From Takakia lepidozioides (lineage: Eukaryota; Plantae; Bryophyta), in NCBI GenBank assembly GCA_030704615.1, contig CM060734.1, forward strand, positions 51,832,001-51,896,000: a DNA stretch of 64,000 nucleotides, in the 5' to 3' direction. The first letter of the stretch is position 1. Every line of letters begins with the position of its first letter. The notes under the pieces were generated by a model. The model was not told the DNA's origin. It saw only the letters and a program-made list of their open reading frames with translations, and made no database searches. The position numbers were made by a program, and so were the translations under genes. Positions 63,901 through 64,000 of the stretch are shown in pieces.

Positions 63901-64000
63901 CTCCAGCCACGTGGCGCTCCCCCGAACCGTCAATCCCCTCCCCATCCATCCAACCTCAATTAAATGGATGACGGCCGGATGAAGGCCCCATGACGCGTCC

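Noticed and set aside
63667-63963. Pro-rich ORF
   Set aside because: Product of C-rich low-complexity DNA with a GTG start; no gene structure.

Overview
Nuclear DNA from a land plant, probably a non-seed plant; the species cannot be determined from the sequence. Host genes: IRE1 (minus, 25296-30815), FEN1 (plus, 40899-46628) and a secreted Gly/Pro/Tyr-rich protein with nested repeats (38721-39803). Disrupted genes: a CYP85-clan P450 with a frameshift, two SDR pseudogenes and a PPR-DYW pseudogene. Positions 1-18284 are a TE nest: a CACTA element interrupted by a Ty1/copia, which itself contains a Harbinger-like MITE and a second CACTA remnant carrying a full-length Ty3/gypsy chromovirus. Three observations stand out. 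(1) A Ty3/gypsy whose pol frame fuses a DNMT3-like C5-cytosine methyltransferase to RT and ends in a PHD finger (32892-38057). (2) An intron-containing beta-class N6A/N4C amino-methyltransferase-like gene, apparently carried by the CACTA element (371-2011). (3) A TRIM mini-retrotransposon family (two copies, each with a TSD) whose ~145-bp LTRs contain a complete 72-nt tRNA-like cloverleaf followed by TTTT, a tRNA analogue of the 5S-carrying Cassandra. All assignments come from manual motif reading; no database searches were run.
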